The notes beneath the pieces were generated by a model. It searched no databases. It was given only the letters and a program-made list of their open reading frames with translations, and was not told the origin of the DNA. Shown piece by piece: positions 9,624-22,100 of a stretch of 64,000 bases of DNA (positions are counted from its first letter, which is position 1; the number at the start of each line of letters is the position of its first letter). The position numbers and the translations under genes are program-made. This stretch comes from Hormiphora californensis. Taxonomy: Eukaryota > Animalia > Ctenophora. The stretch spans positions 930,001 through 994,000 of the forward strand of contig CM035356.1 in NCBI GenBank assembly GCA_020137815.1. The letters run 5' to 3'.

Positions 9624-12600
9624 CCTCTCTCTCATTCTATTTTCCTTCCATGATAAGAAGCGCTGATATTTGATAGGCACCTGGTGAGCTCCAGCTCGAG
9701 AATTCTCGCCTCCTATCACGTCCTCTGTTTAACACGTGTAATACCCCCTGTAATACTCTCATTTTATGTCAATCTCTGGCTCCCCCAATATCTCTGACTC
9801 ACTCAATCTCTAGCTCCCCCAATATCTAGCTCCCCTAATCTTTAGAAACCCTCCGCCAATCTTTACCGAAAGCTCATGATTCTTGAATTTTACTGATAGA
9901 ACTTTATTTTCTTTATTTCTCACACTTCTTATTCAGGTTGAGACGAAGGCACCCGTTACTGCCGCTGCCACTGTTGCTACTGTTATTCCTAGTAGTAAAC
10001 CATCTGGCAAGGTAGGAATTATACTCCTTTATAAATACAACTACTCCTTCATAAATACAACTACTCCTTAAATGTAATGTCACTATTTTGCAGGAAAACA
10101 AAGGTCCAGCTAGCAGTTTAGTTAAAGCTTCCACATCACCAAAGGTAAGAATATCTTTATTAAACTAATTAATTATCCTGGGGGGGGGGTTCAACCTAAA
10201 AATTTCCATTTCCATTTGCCAAAATCCGGGTATCGATGGAAATTTTTAGAAGTTTTTAGAAATTTTTAGAAGTTTTTAGTACAGTCGGACCCCGATTTAG
10301 TGGCATCCTCGGGGGAAAGAAATCCTGCCACTAAATCGGGGTGCCACTAAATCGAGGTGAGCCATATTTGGCCCATAAAAATCTATTTTAAGCCCAAAAT
10401 GCCATACTAAGACTAAAGACACCCCTAACTGTTATATGCAATATTCATTTATTGATTACATGATCATTTCTGATTAGAAATAGAAAACTATCAAATAAAT
10501 TTTTCAAAAAAATTGTGAAAAATTTTCTAAGTTATACCAGCCCGTCCGATGTGTTTCGAATCGGTGCAGCTTCCTGGATGTCCTGTCTAATTAGCGGGTT
10601 CGAAACGAACTGATACGTGATACCATGCCAAATCGGGGCACCCTAAGCGGGTGAGGAAGTATCAACATTTCAAAATAACTTTTTCTCTCAAAATTTATGG
10701 GGAGCACCGATCAAAGCATTGACAATCGTACTGTAAAATTTTGCAAAAAAAAGTTGTAAAATTTTTTAAAGGTATACCCGCCACATGACATCCGAATCGT
10801 GTTTCGAATCGGTGCATCTTATGGCATGTCCTGCTGCTAATTAGACGGTTCGGAACGAATCGAAACGTGATCCCCATCGAATCGAAATTTTGACGCTTGG
10901 TGAACTTATAATTCAATGGCCCCATGGGGATCACGTATCGGTTCGTTCCGAACCGTCTAATTAGCAGCAGGACATGCGATAAGATTCACTGATTCGAAAC
11001 ACGATTCGGACGTGGCTGGTATTCCTTTGAAAAATTTTCAAAAAAATTTCACAAAAAAAATCAAAAAAATTTTTGGGGGAAAAAAATCATGCCACTAAAT
11101 CGGGGTGCCACTAAATCGGGGGCCACTAAATCGGGGTCCGACTGTACTAAAAATTTCCAAAAATTTCTAAAAATTTCCAAAAATTTCCATTAATTTCCAA
11201 AAATTTCTAAAAATTTCTAAAAATTTCCAAAAATTTCCATTTACCAAGAAAAGAAAAATTAACAAAAACTTGAAAATATATAAACACAGTTGTCGAAGAA
11301 CTGGTTCCTTTTCCTTACCTCTTGTGACAACTGAGCATCAATAAGTTATTGAATGATAGATAAGACATCGATATCATATATTTTTGGGCAATCCGTACAA
11401 TTTCTTCAGAAATCATAGCTTCATTGGACAACTAAGGACGCGGACGTCTCGAAAACTGATTTAAAAGTAAGTTACCAAATAGCACAAGATACCTTATGTA
11501 CTTATATAAGGTGCTATTTGGTAACTTACTTTTAAATATTCCTTCGGACGGGTCCTTTTACCATGACTAATGCTTAATACCGTAGTAGATCAGGTTTCTT
11601 AGCATACAATATAGAAACTTAAACTCTTTTTTAAACTCGATAAGGGATATAGCGAGAATAAGTACTAACTTACTGTCGAAAACATGCATAGATTACCTGT
11701 CATTACCTTGGAATTGGGTTACCGACGAACTTATATAAACTTCTAAAAGTTTCTAAAAACTTCTAAAAATTTCTAAAAATTTCTAAAAACTTCTAAAAAT
11801 TTCTAAAAATTTCCATTTACTAAAAACTTCCAAAAATTTCCATTGTCCATAAATTTCTAAAAATTTCTAAAAATTTCTAAAAATTTCCAAAAAATTCTAA
11901 AAATTTCCAAAAATTTCCAAAAATTTCTAAAAATTTCTAAAAATTTCCAAAATAAAATTTCCATTTGCCAAAAAAGTGGGTATCAATGGAAATTTTTAGG
12001 GTTGAACCCCCCCCCTATCCTAGTTTAATTAATTGATTTTTTAGTATTTCTTGATCCTGTCCGACTGATACTTTGACAGTGAAATCCTGTCACCGTTTTA
12101 ACTATTTTATCTTACGATGATTTAAAGCCTGGCTAAACCGTAAACCGGTGAAGCAAACTGTTGAAATCATCAGTTTAAAATGAGAATGGTGTGTGAGAAC
12201 GAAAGAAAAAGAGAGTGAATGAAAAAGGGAGAAAGAAAGGGTAAATGATAGAGAAAGAGAAAGAAAGAGTGGATGAAAGAGAAAAAGAGAAAGGGGGGAA
12301 GAAAAAAGTATGCAAAGCAGCTCTGTGTACTGCTATTGGTGTAGGAAGAGGGTTGAGTGTGTTACATACATTCATGTTACACTCGCATATAACACATAAC
12401 CACATCCTGTTATAGAGAGAGACATGAGAGTGGGAGAGAGAAAGAGAGAGAGAGTGGGAGAGAGAGGTGGGGGGTAGAGAGGGAGAGAGACAGAGAGTGG
12501 GAGAGAGAGAGAGAGTGAGAGAGAGAGAGGGGGGTAGAGAGAGACAGAGAGGGAAAACCTCTTTTGTGTTTTACTTTTTTTTCTCACTTTATAGACTCTT

Positions 12601-14936
12601 TTAGGACAACATCTGCTGAAATTCTAAATTAGCATGTGTTCTACTGAAGTTCAGTTACTGAACAATAATTCATAGAGCACCATGTTTTGTTATGAGTGGC
12701 CAATGTTACAAAGACACAAACGGTTACTACATAATGTATGACATACATTATGTAGTATTGTATGTACACAGTGTACAGTCGAACCCTGATTTACCGGGAT
12801 ACTCGGGGGAAAGGGTTCTTCCCGGAAAATCAGGGTGAAATACTGTTGAATTCCTATTTTATCGGGGGAAGTTTATCCTTCCGGTAAATCGGGGTCCGAC
12901 TGAGAAAGAGAGACCAAAGAGGTAGATCGGAGAAAATGAGAAGAAAATACTACTAATGTGTGAGGCGACAATGTGTCGTTCCACAGTAGCGTGTGAAGGT
13001 GCAGCAACACGTTTATTATATTTACACGCACACATATTCCGGCCTCCCCTTTTTCTCCCCCATTCTTTTCCCTTAGTTCGTTTTTCTCCCTCGGCTGGGC
13101 ATGTTTTTTTGGACTGCTTCCCTGCTGGTATAACATTGCCATACATACTATGACACCCCTACCCCCTTTTTTGATATCCCTCCCTTATATTTAGTCCCTG
13201 TTTAGTTCGTAACCCCATAACTAAATACTAATCCTCCTCCCTAGCCCGTGTTAACCCTCCTCCCTCCCTAGCCCGTGTCTGCAGTGTCTGACGATGAGCT
13301 AGAGCTGACTGGAGTCCCTGAGAGAGACCCGTGTGAGGACGATATCACTAGTGCCGATCAGTCACCTCGTAAAAAGAGTAAGTCAAAACAGTATTTCTCA
13401 CGATATATATATCAGTTATAGGTGTTTATCTCTATGACGTAGAGTGGCGGGATTGTTAGTTAAATACATTATACATGTCACTGCATACAGGAGGAGCATC
13501 TGGCATTTTGCCAAGTTTCTCTATCTCTCTCTAAAGTTGAGCAACAAAGGGGGTGTTATGGCGGTAATGGGAGCGTTTTTCCGTCGTCTATTTTTTGTCG
13601 AAACCCCATAGCAAGCATTTAAAACAGTTTATCAAATCTGGGTAACATTTAGTTTAGGGGTGTCATGGTTTTGCAAGCCCGACACGCCCAGAAGAAGAAG
13701 GGTTGCTACTCCTCCCTTTCTTGAGTGTAAATTAGTCACGTGACCAATCACGTGACATTTGTGTGTGTACATTAATATGTTTCATATATGAGGACATATC
13801 CTCTAACCCTATCAACCCTTTGTTTACTTTCAACTTCCACACCCAATTTCTCCTTGATTAGGGTAAAATAGTGAAATCATTACTCTGTATTTGTATTCCA
13901 TGATTGTAGCAGGGTCTGCGTGTACGGTAGCTGTACGGGAGTATGTAAACGATATCGCTGGCGAGTTGCCAATTCCTTGCTGTGTCGTGGTCTCAGAGCA
14001 CACTTCTCACACCAAGAGAGGGGGGTCTACATTTAAAGTGCCGTGTGCGCGTCGTGCGCGCTATGTAGAATAGGAGGCTGTTACCACTTTGCCCCAATTT
14101 TATAAACACGCCTCATTTGTGGAAGTTTGGCAGTGTTTGGGCGTCCGACGCCATCCCCTGGCGCCCCCTAACACCCCAATCTGCCCCTCAGAAAAGTGGG
14201 TACCCCTCCAAGTTGAGATTAAGACAACCGCCGGAGCGGAGAACCAGAATCATTACCCGGTAAGGGCAGGAGTTGTGCAACACACGTGATGCTGCGCCAC
14301 CACTACTGCACAGAAAGAAGTTGTGTGTGTGTGAGTGAGAGTGAAGGAAGTGGGAGAGAGAAATGGTAGATGAGTGTGAGAAAACCTCAACTCTGTTGTG
14401 TAACATTGATCCCCTCCCCCTTATTTTAACATCCACATTTTCACCTCCCCTCTTTTTAACAACTAACATTTTCAGCGAACAAACCGTCAAGAGAGGGGTA
14501 ACCAGAGTCGATTCAACATCGATAACTCGGGAAACAGCAATAATAACACCAGTCACTCAAGTCATTCAACGAACGAGAGGACCTGAACGCGGAACAGGAA
14601 GTGGAAATACCAATAATTCGGGTGGAGAGGAGATTATCAGGACCAGTCGAAGGGGAAGGAGGGGTGGTGGTGGAAATAACAACCGCTCCAGGGCCCGATC
14701 AAGTGGTAAGTCACGTGAAGTCTGTATGACCATTAAATGGCAAATAATCGGCTGATGCCCATATATGGTATATTGGTTTCGTAACATCTTAAGTGCCTTG
14801 AGGGGCGAGGCCTGTTAGTGTGAGTAGATGTGTGGAGGTCGACAGGTGCAGTTTTCTTTTGTCCAGCGTGGACTGTGCGTGGAATAACTAAATATACATT
14901 GACTTCACTCACATCTCTCGTCTCTCTCTCTCTCTC

Positions 14937-15003
<67 letters not shown>

Positions 15004-15959
15004 TCACATCTGATGACACGTGTGTTTCAGTGGATCCAACGAGTAACCAACAAAGTGGACCAACCCCGGGGTCGACCCGAAACAATATAACCGTCCCAAC
15101 AATGGCACCATTCCCTGGCGCCTTCGATGGTACGAGTGCCATGCCCGCCTACATGCCAGCCTTTGCGGGGTTGCACTTTGGAGGTCCCTACTTTTACAGC
15201 CAGCCCTTCTTTAACCCGTCTCCCGTGGAGCCTGATTCCGTAAAGGATATGGTGAAAAAACAAGTGTAAGTTTTATTGAACAGGGGGTGCATAACAACTT
15301 GATTATTCCATGCATGCGAGGGGAGTTGTAGTGATAGTGTAGAACTACACATTGATGGTGCAACATGGTGCACTATTCTAATGTGGTGCCCGAGAGAGGG
15401 GGAGAGAGAGAGGGAGAAGATAGGTTTGAAATAGAGAGAGGTAGGAGATAGGTTTGAGAGATAGAAAAGAGGAGAGAGATAATAACAAAGATAGAGACCT
15501 AGAGAGGGAGATAGGTAAGTAGAGGGAGAGCGAGATAGTACAAACATAAGTACCTTATGCCTCTCCCCTACCTCTCTCAATGGTGCCCTTCTTTACACAC
15601 GTCCTATTCAATGGAGAAAAGGGAGAGCTCAGATCTAGAGAAAGAAAAAAACAAAACAAACCGATGTCCGACAATCATCAAAACCACCTCTATCCTCTAA
15701 CCGTCTCTCATCCCTCCAGAGCCTACTACTTCTCACCTTCCAATCTACACGGGGACTTCTTCCTTCGTTCCCAGATGGACACGGAAGGCTGGGTACCTCT
15801 AACCCTCATCGCCTCCTTCTACCGGATCAGAAACATGACAACGGACCTCGGACTCATTGCTGAGGTTAGTGTTGTGTTGGCGATTAGCCTGGATCAGTGT
15901 GGTAGGTAGTGTGTGTTGGATGTTTAGCGTGCAGGGAATATCGTTTTTTGTAAACACCA

Positions 15960-15995
<36 letters not shown>

Positions 15996-16028
15996 ATATC
16001 TCTCTCTCTCTCTCTCTCTCTCGCTCTG

Positions 16029-16111
<83 letters not shown>

Positions 16112-19100
16112 ACCCCTCTCTTCCTGTCTGCCGGGGCCTTTCTAGTTTCCATTTTCTAACTTTATTTGTTTTTGTCCTAACACTTCTTCCTTTCTCTCCC
16201 TCTCTCTCTCTCTCCCTTTCTCAACTAGCATCTCTCCAGGCTATCGCTGAGTCTCCCCATGTCGAGTACAGGGAGGGCTTCGTTAGGAAGAGGGACGATT
16301 GGGATCAGTTCCTGGCCAGTGAAGCCCACTTCCGGCAAGACGGATCTCCCCAAGAAAACCGTAAGCATGTTACCTAATACCTGTCCCTTACCACCATCCC
16401 CGTATACACCATTTACCCTAGTATGGTCTTGTTTCTATTGAACGGATGCCCAACGGATGGTACAAAACAAGTCAAGGGCGTGGGTTTGAGCAATAGCTGT
16501 TAGTGAAACAGCTACGTTGCAACAATAATCTTATCATACTTTTCATCTCAGGACTGGATGCTCTTGAGACAGCTATCCCTGGACTCCCACCCACCGGACT
16601 CCAGCCGGTATCCAAGCAACGGGAAAACATGCCCGAGGAACCAGCCCGACCCAGGAGCGACAGTAAGAATGCCCCTGCTGAAAGCGAGAAGACAACCGAT
16701 TGGCAAGAGGTGAGGAATTAAGTTTTGTTTGACTTTTAGAAAATTATAGAAAATTTAGAGCAAAAACTAATTGAAATTAGTTCGCCAGAAAGGTGGCCCA
16801 TTTTGAACTTACTCCTTCATTTCCGTCACCTTTGAGTTGAGTCTTCAAAGACATTGTGGTATCCGTAAACTTTTCCGCCTTCAACTCAAAGGTGACGGAA
16901 ATGAAGAAGTAAGTTCAAAATGGGCCACCTTTCTGGCGAACTAATTTCAATTAGTTTTTGCTCTAAATTTGTACTCTTTTTTTGGTCGTTTGAGGTCATT
17001 TATGACCTCAAACAACTAAGCTAATTGTCAACTAAAGTGTTCAGATGTAATTCAAATGTATCCTGGGTTGTAGGAAACTGATTTGACGAAATTTTCAAAA
17101 TTCGACGTCGTTTTGACGTCGTGACGTCATACGTGACGTCACGACGACGTAATAAATTATGACAGAATATTCGGCCAATGAAGCACTGAACGTGTGAAAA
17201 GTTTTAAAGTCCATGGTAGTCAAGAACTGAAGTTATTGCACGAAATGTGAGTTTTTATGTGGATTTTCACATTAAATTTTTGAGTTCCGACGCGTTTTAA
17301 GGTCTAAAAATGACAAGTTAGAGAAAATCGAGATATAGTATCTGAAAGTTCAGACAATTTGCCACTAACGATTTTTAGTCAAATCAGGAATCAAAATACG
17401 TCTTGAGGGTGTCAGAAGCGTTTGAAAATATTTGGTCTGAGATTTTTTAAATGACGTCACTTTCTGACGTCATTACGCCCGTCATAGTGGAAATTTTCAC
17501 TCGAAACCTTAACTAATGCATGCCCCGAACGATTTGCTAACGGATAAAACTCGGTTCAAGTTTCTAGCTAGCATGGTTCGGGCTACAAGTGTTACACAGT
17601 GAAGCGTCTATATATATCTATATATCTATATATATCTATATATATACCTATCGCCACACTGAATTTTCTGTTTTGGGGGTGGTGTCATAACTTGCGACCT
17701 GAATGAGTTAGCTACAGTAGAGGTCTATATGAAGCTTCTTAGTACCAAATTTCAGCCTCCTAGCTCATCTGGTTCCGGAGTTAGGAGGGGTCGAAAAGTG
17801 CCAAAATGGGCTAAAACTTCAAAATTGTTATATCTACGCTGTTGGCAAGCGGGCCCACTTTTTTGGGAAAAGTTTTAGGGGGGAGGGGATGGGGCCACCT
17901 TTGCGCTTGCCAGCGCAGTGATTGTTCAGCAGTACTCCAAATCAAATCACTAATTGTCACGTGTTATTATAACCCCCATCATTCTCCCAGGTGAAGCGAA
18001 GGTCCAGGGTAAGGAGTGACAGTAGATCACGACCCCTGGAGGATGATGTCACCCCCACAGAACCTGAGGAATTAGAGTTCCAGTTTGAGGAGAGTCCAGA
18101 TGAGGTGTTCACCTCCCGGCACACCTTCAGTAGCGGACCTGTCGATGAAACGGGATGGTACGTAGGGGGGGGGGGGGCACACCTTCAGTAGCGGACCCGT
18201 CGATGAAACGGGATGGTACGTAGGGGGGGGGGTACACCTTCAGTAGCGGACCTGTCGATGAAACGGGATGGTACGTAGGGGGGGGGTGGGGTAGGATGGG
18301 GTCGGGGGCAGATTGGATGGTACCGTAAGTTGGGGTAACTTTGTACCACTTTTTAGCATTCTCCTAAAATAACTCCATGCCAGAACCACACTCGAAAATT
18401 TTTGAACCAAATAATCCCGTTCCAGACCTAGTACACCAGATATAACTAGTGAAATTTTTGGTCCCCTCTCATTTAATTACATTAATTAACGTGTATTTTA
18501 GTGTAAGTGGGGTTTTAGGGCATGGGGTAACTTTGGAATGAGGGTGGGGTAACTTTGGACACCCGTCCAAAGTTACCCCACGATAGTAATATTGGAACAA
18601 ACATAAATCCGAACATTTTGCAATGATAAATAAATCAACCTAAAATGTTTGAATGGGGTTTAAATGTGTCAATGAATTAAAAAAGAACAATATAAAAAAT
18701 CAACTTTTTTGGGCGTGAGGAATGATGAAACTAGCCACCAAATAAAATTTCAGCTCAATTGGACTGGATTTAGAGGTTGCCACATCCGGCCTGAAACCCA
18801 TCAAACTTCAGTAATTTGGGGTCCCTCATCCATCATGTAGTTTGGTAGATGGTATTGGCCCTCTAGGCGAGTGTGTTAGTTCTTTTTGCTGAATTGGATA
18901 GCCAGGAAGTGGTCTACTTATGGGTACTGGCTAAATAAAGGAGTTTTGGTACCTGTGCTCCTGCATAGATTGTCTACAAGAACTAGAACACTCGCCTAGA
19001 GATCCAATACCATCTAACAAGCTACAGGATGGATGAGGAACCCCAAATTATTGAAGTTTGATGGGTTTCAGGCCGGATTTAGCTCCATAAAATAGTCCAA

Positions 19101-22100
19101 ATCCTAGTTTTTTTTTACTAACACATCGAATAGATGGACGGAAATGGGCGTGGAGTGGGCTGAATCTTGGTTATATGGCCCTAAACAATTCAGAGAGGGT
19201 CTAAGGCAACTCTACAGACATCAAAAGTTCAAAACCTGTAGTGTGGGGTAACTTTGGCACCCCGTCCAAAGTTACCCCAAAATTCAAAAATGGTGGGGCA
19301 ACATTAGCCACCCCTATCAGTCTCAATTAAAGTAATTGATCGGGTTTGAAAAATGGTGCCCCGAATTATTTGATCGAAACCCTTCCACTCTATGGAGCAA
19401 ACTTGATTCGGTCATTAGCCCGGTCAAATCTATGGTACCCATTTTGATTTGAACATTTTTAGCGATTTTGACATCAATTATGTTTGCCCCTAATTAGGAG
19501 CTAATTAGCATAGAATTGGAAAAAATAATTATACCGTTAGTTAGACATTTGTGGTTCAATTACTTGTACACCCAAAAATTATGCCAAATCTGTCGTTATC
19601 TGTTGGTAATTTTGGACTAAAGCCAAATTTTGAAAGTGTCCAAAGTTACCCTGCAAAACAAAGTTACCCCAGATTACGGTACGTTGGAAGGGAGAGATAT
19701 GAGTTGTCTAAAATCCAGATATTTTGGACGAGGTTTTTATTTTCACTCACATGTCAAGGTTTGTAATTGAAGTTTAACTCCCCTCCAGGGACTCAGATGG
19801 TGATAAGGATGATCTAACTGATGCTGAGATTGCCAAGATCGTCGTTGTTCACCCTACTCCTCCCATCTTCAAGAAACATCCTCAGGTATGGGGTGTATAC
19901 GCTGACAGGCACACAGACACCATGGACAGACAAACTGACACCATGGACAGACAAACTGACACCATGGACAGACACACTGACACCATGGACAGACAAACTG
20001 ACACACAGACACATATTATTGAGGTAGATAGATCACTGCAACAACACATCCTAGAGAGGGAATCATATTTTTGTTGTCAGCATCCGGGCCAGCATCCCCC
20101 CACCTGCACCCCGTATATCTTGGTTTGATAGTTTCATAGGGGTTTCATTATAGTAAGGTTTGAGGTTTGAGAATGTGATAGTATGAGGTGTGACATTAGA
20201 TAGTTGATTTGTCTGTGCAGTGTTGTAAACCTAGAAAAGTAGATCTATCCTTCTCCTCGGGCTTAGCTCGGTAGTATTCAGAGGCCTTATCGAACTTTGA
20301 AAACAGAATTCCATCTATAACGTCGCCACTGAACTTTTTCTCGCAGCTTGATCGATTTGAATTCGCAAATGTATACCTTTGAAAAAGGAGTTTTTAGATG
20401 TTGTACTGGGCTCTAGTGGATCTCGAATGTATAATTTGAGAGTTTGGGTAGCTAGGGGCTGAAGGATTAACAACGTTAAAATGGTGGTTACCTGAGTAGC
20501 TCCACATTGTCACACCACACAGTCAGAACTGTCTCAGTTTTGGCAATTGTCCAGATTTTATCTCCAGTCCCTCCTGTTGTCGGTTGGACAGGAAAGGGAA
20601 CGTTGGGATCTGTAGTAATAGGAGTGCAATAGCCAAATAGGTACTTCACAGGAGAGCTGAGCTTGATTTCAAAGTTTCCGAGATATGAATCCTGTTTTGC
20701 AAGCCGTACATAAATTTTCTTGGCGCTTCCAATTGCCGCCGAGGTTTTTACTTGGAGGGGAGTCGACTCGAGATCAAACGTTACTTTATCGCTAGGAATT
20801 TCCTTCCATTCTGAAATACAGGAAGACATTGATTGAGAGGAAAATGCTCGTTTGTAGTTCACTTTAGAAACAGTGACACAAGACTGGTATCACTCTGCAG
20901 TTGACAAGATTTTAGTTGTCATACACTGACTGTACATCGCGCAACCTCGATGCTACGCGGCCTCACGTAGCCGCACCGGGCCGAAGGCCCGGTGCGAAGA
21001 GGAGGGTCTTGTATGAGTCAAGATTTTAGGGTGTTTTCTAAAAATATCCTTACCTGTAGCGAGTATCCCGGTGGTGCACAGCAGTACAGATAGGACAAAC
21101 AACGTATTCATCGTGAACATTGAACCAGTTATAGCTCCATTGAATAGCCCTTAGTTATATAGCTCTCCATCTCTCTCTCTCTCTCTTCTAGTGTACGGGG
21201 AGAGGTAGTGTAGAGGGCTAGAGAGAGATTGGTGACAGGGAGACTGGAGAGGGAAAAGATCTTTCTCTTCCCCTCTTCTATGAAGAGACTCCATGTAAAA
21301 GGCTAGAGAAATATTGTGGAGCGAGAGCTTTTAAATTGTGCGTACCAAAGTTGAAGATAAACCCTGCCGGCCAGTGATGTATAGGATATGCCTTTGTACC
21401 GGAAGCCAGTCAACTTTTCTTATCCCCCTAACATCCCCTCCTATTAAGAGGGTGATCAATGTTAAACACATCCTAAAATTCCACTCCTATTCCCAGGGTG
21501 ATAGACATCCAGGTGATTTCTCTTCTCGAGCGGACCGTCTTCTCAACAAAGATCTGGTTGAGATTATTAACGAGGGTCTTTATCGATACGAAGAGGTTTG
21601 TTTGTCTGTTTGTGTCTTTGTTTCTTTTTCTATGCAATGTCCGTATTTTTTATTCAAATTAAGACTCTCAGATCTTCAAGCGCCCTCTCCGGTAAGCATC
21701 CAGTTGATATTACATGTTAACGCAATGTGTTAACCACATTTTAACATTGTGTGTTAACCATGTTATAGATTTTCTTCCAGGAGATGAGTGATATCCCGGG
21801 TGGGAGGCCCTCCTCTTCCTTCAAGACTGTGGACACGATCAGTCAAGAGGAATTTGCGGCTATGAAGATTGAGGAGAGAGGTGCTGCTGCTGCAGTAGAG
21901 GAGCCCAAAGAACCCCCTCCACCTCCTAAACCCACGATGATGGAGAGCCATCTGAACCCTGAAGCCGCACCATTCTTTGTGCCCGCTGGAGAAAAGTGAG
22001 ACTCTCATTCATGAATACTAACGTCATAAGAAACTAGTATATAACACCTTGCCTTGCTCGACCAGTCGACTCTCTTTCCGTGCGCTCTAAAATGTAAAGG

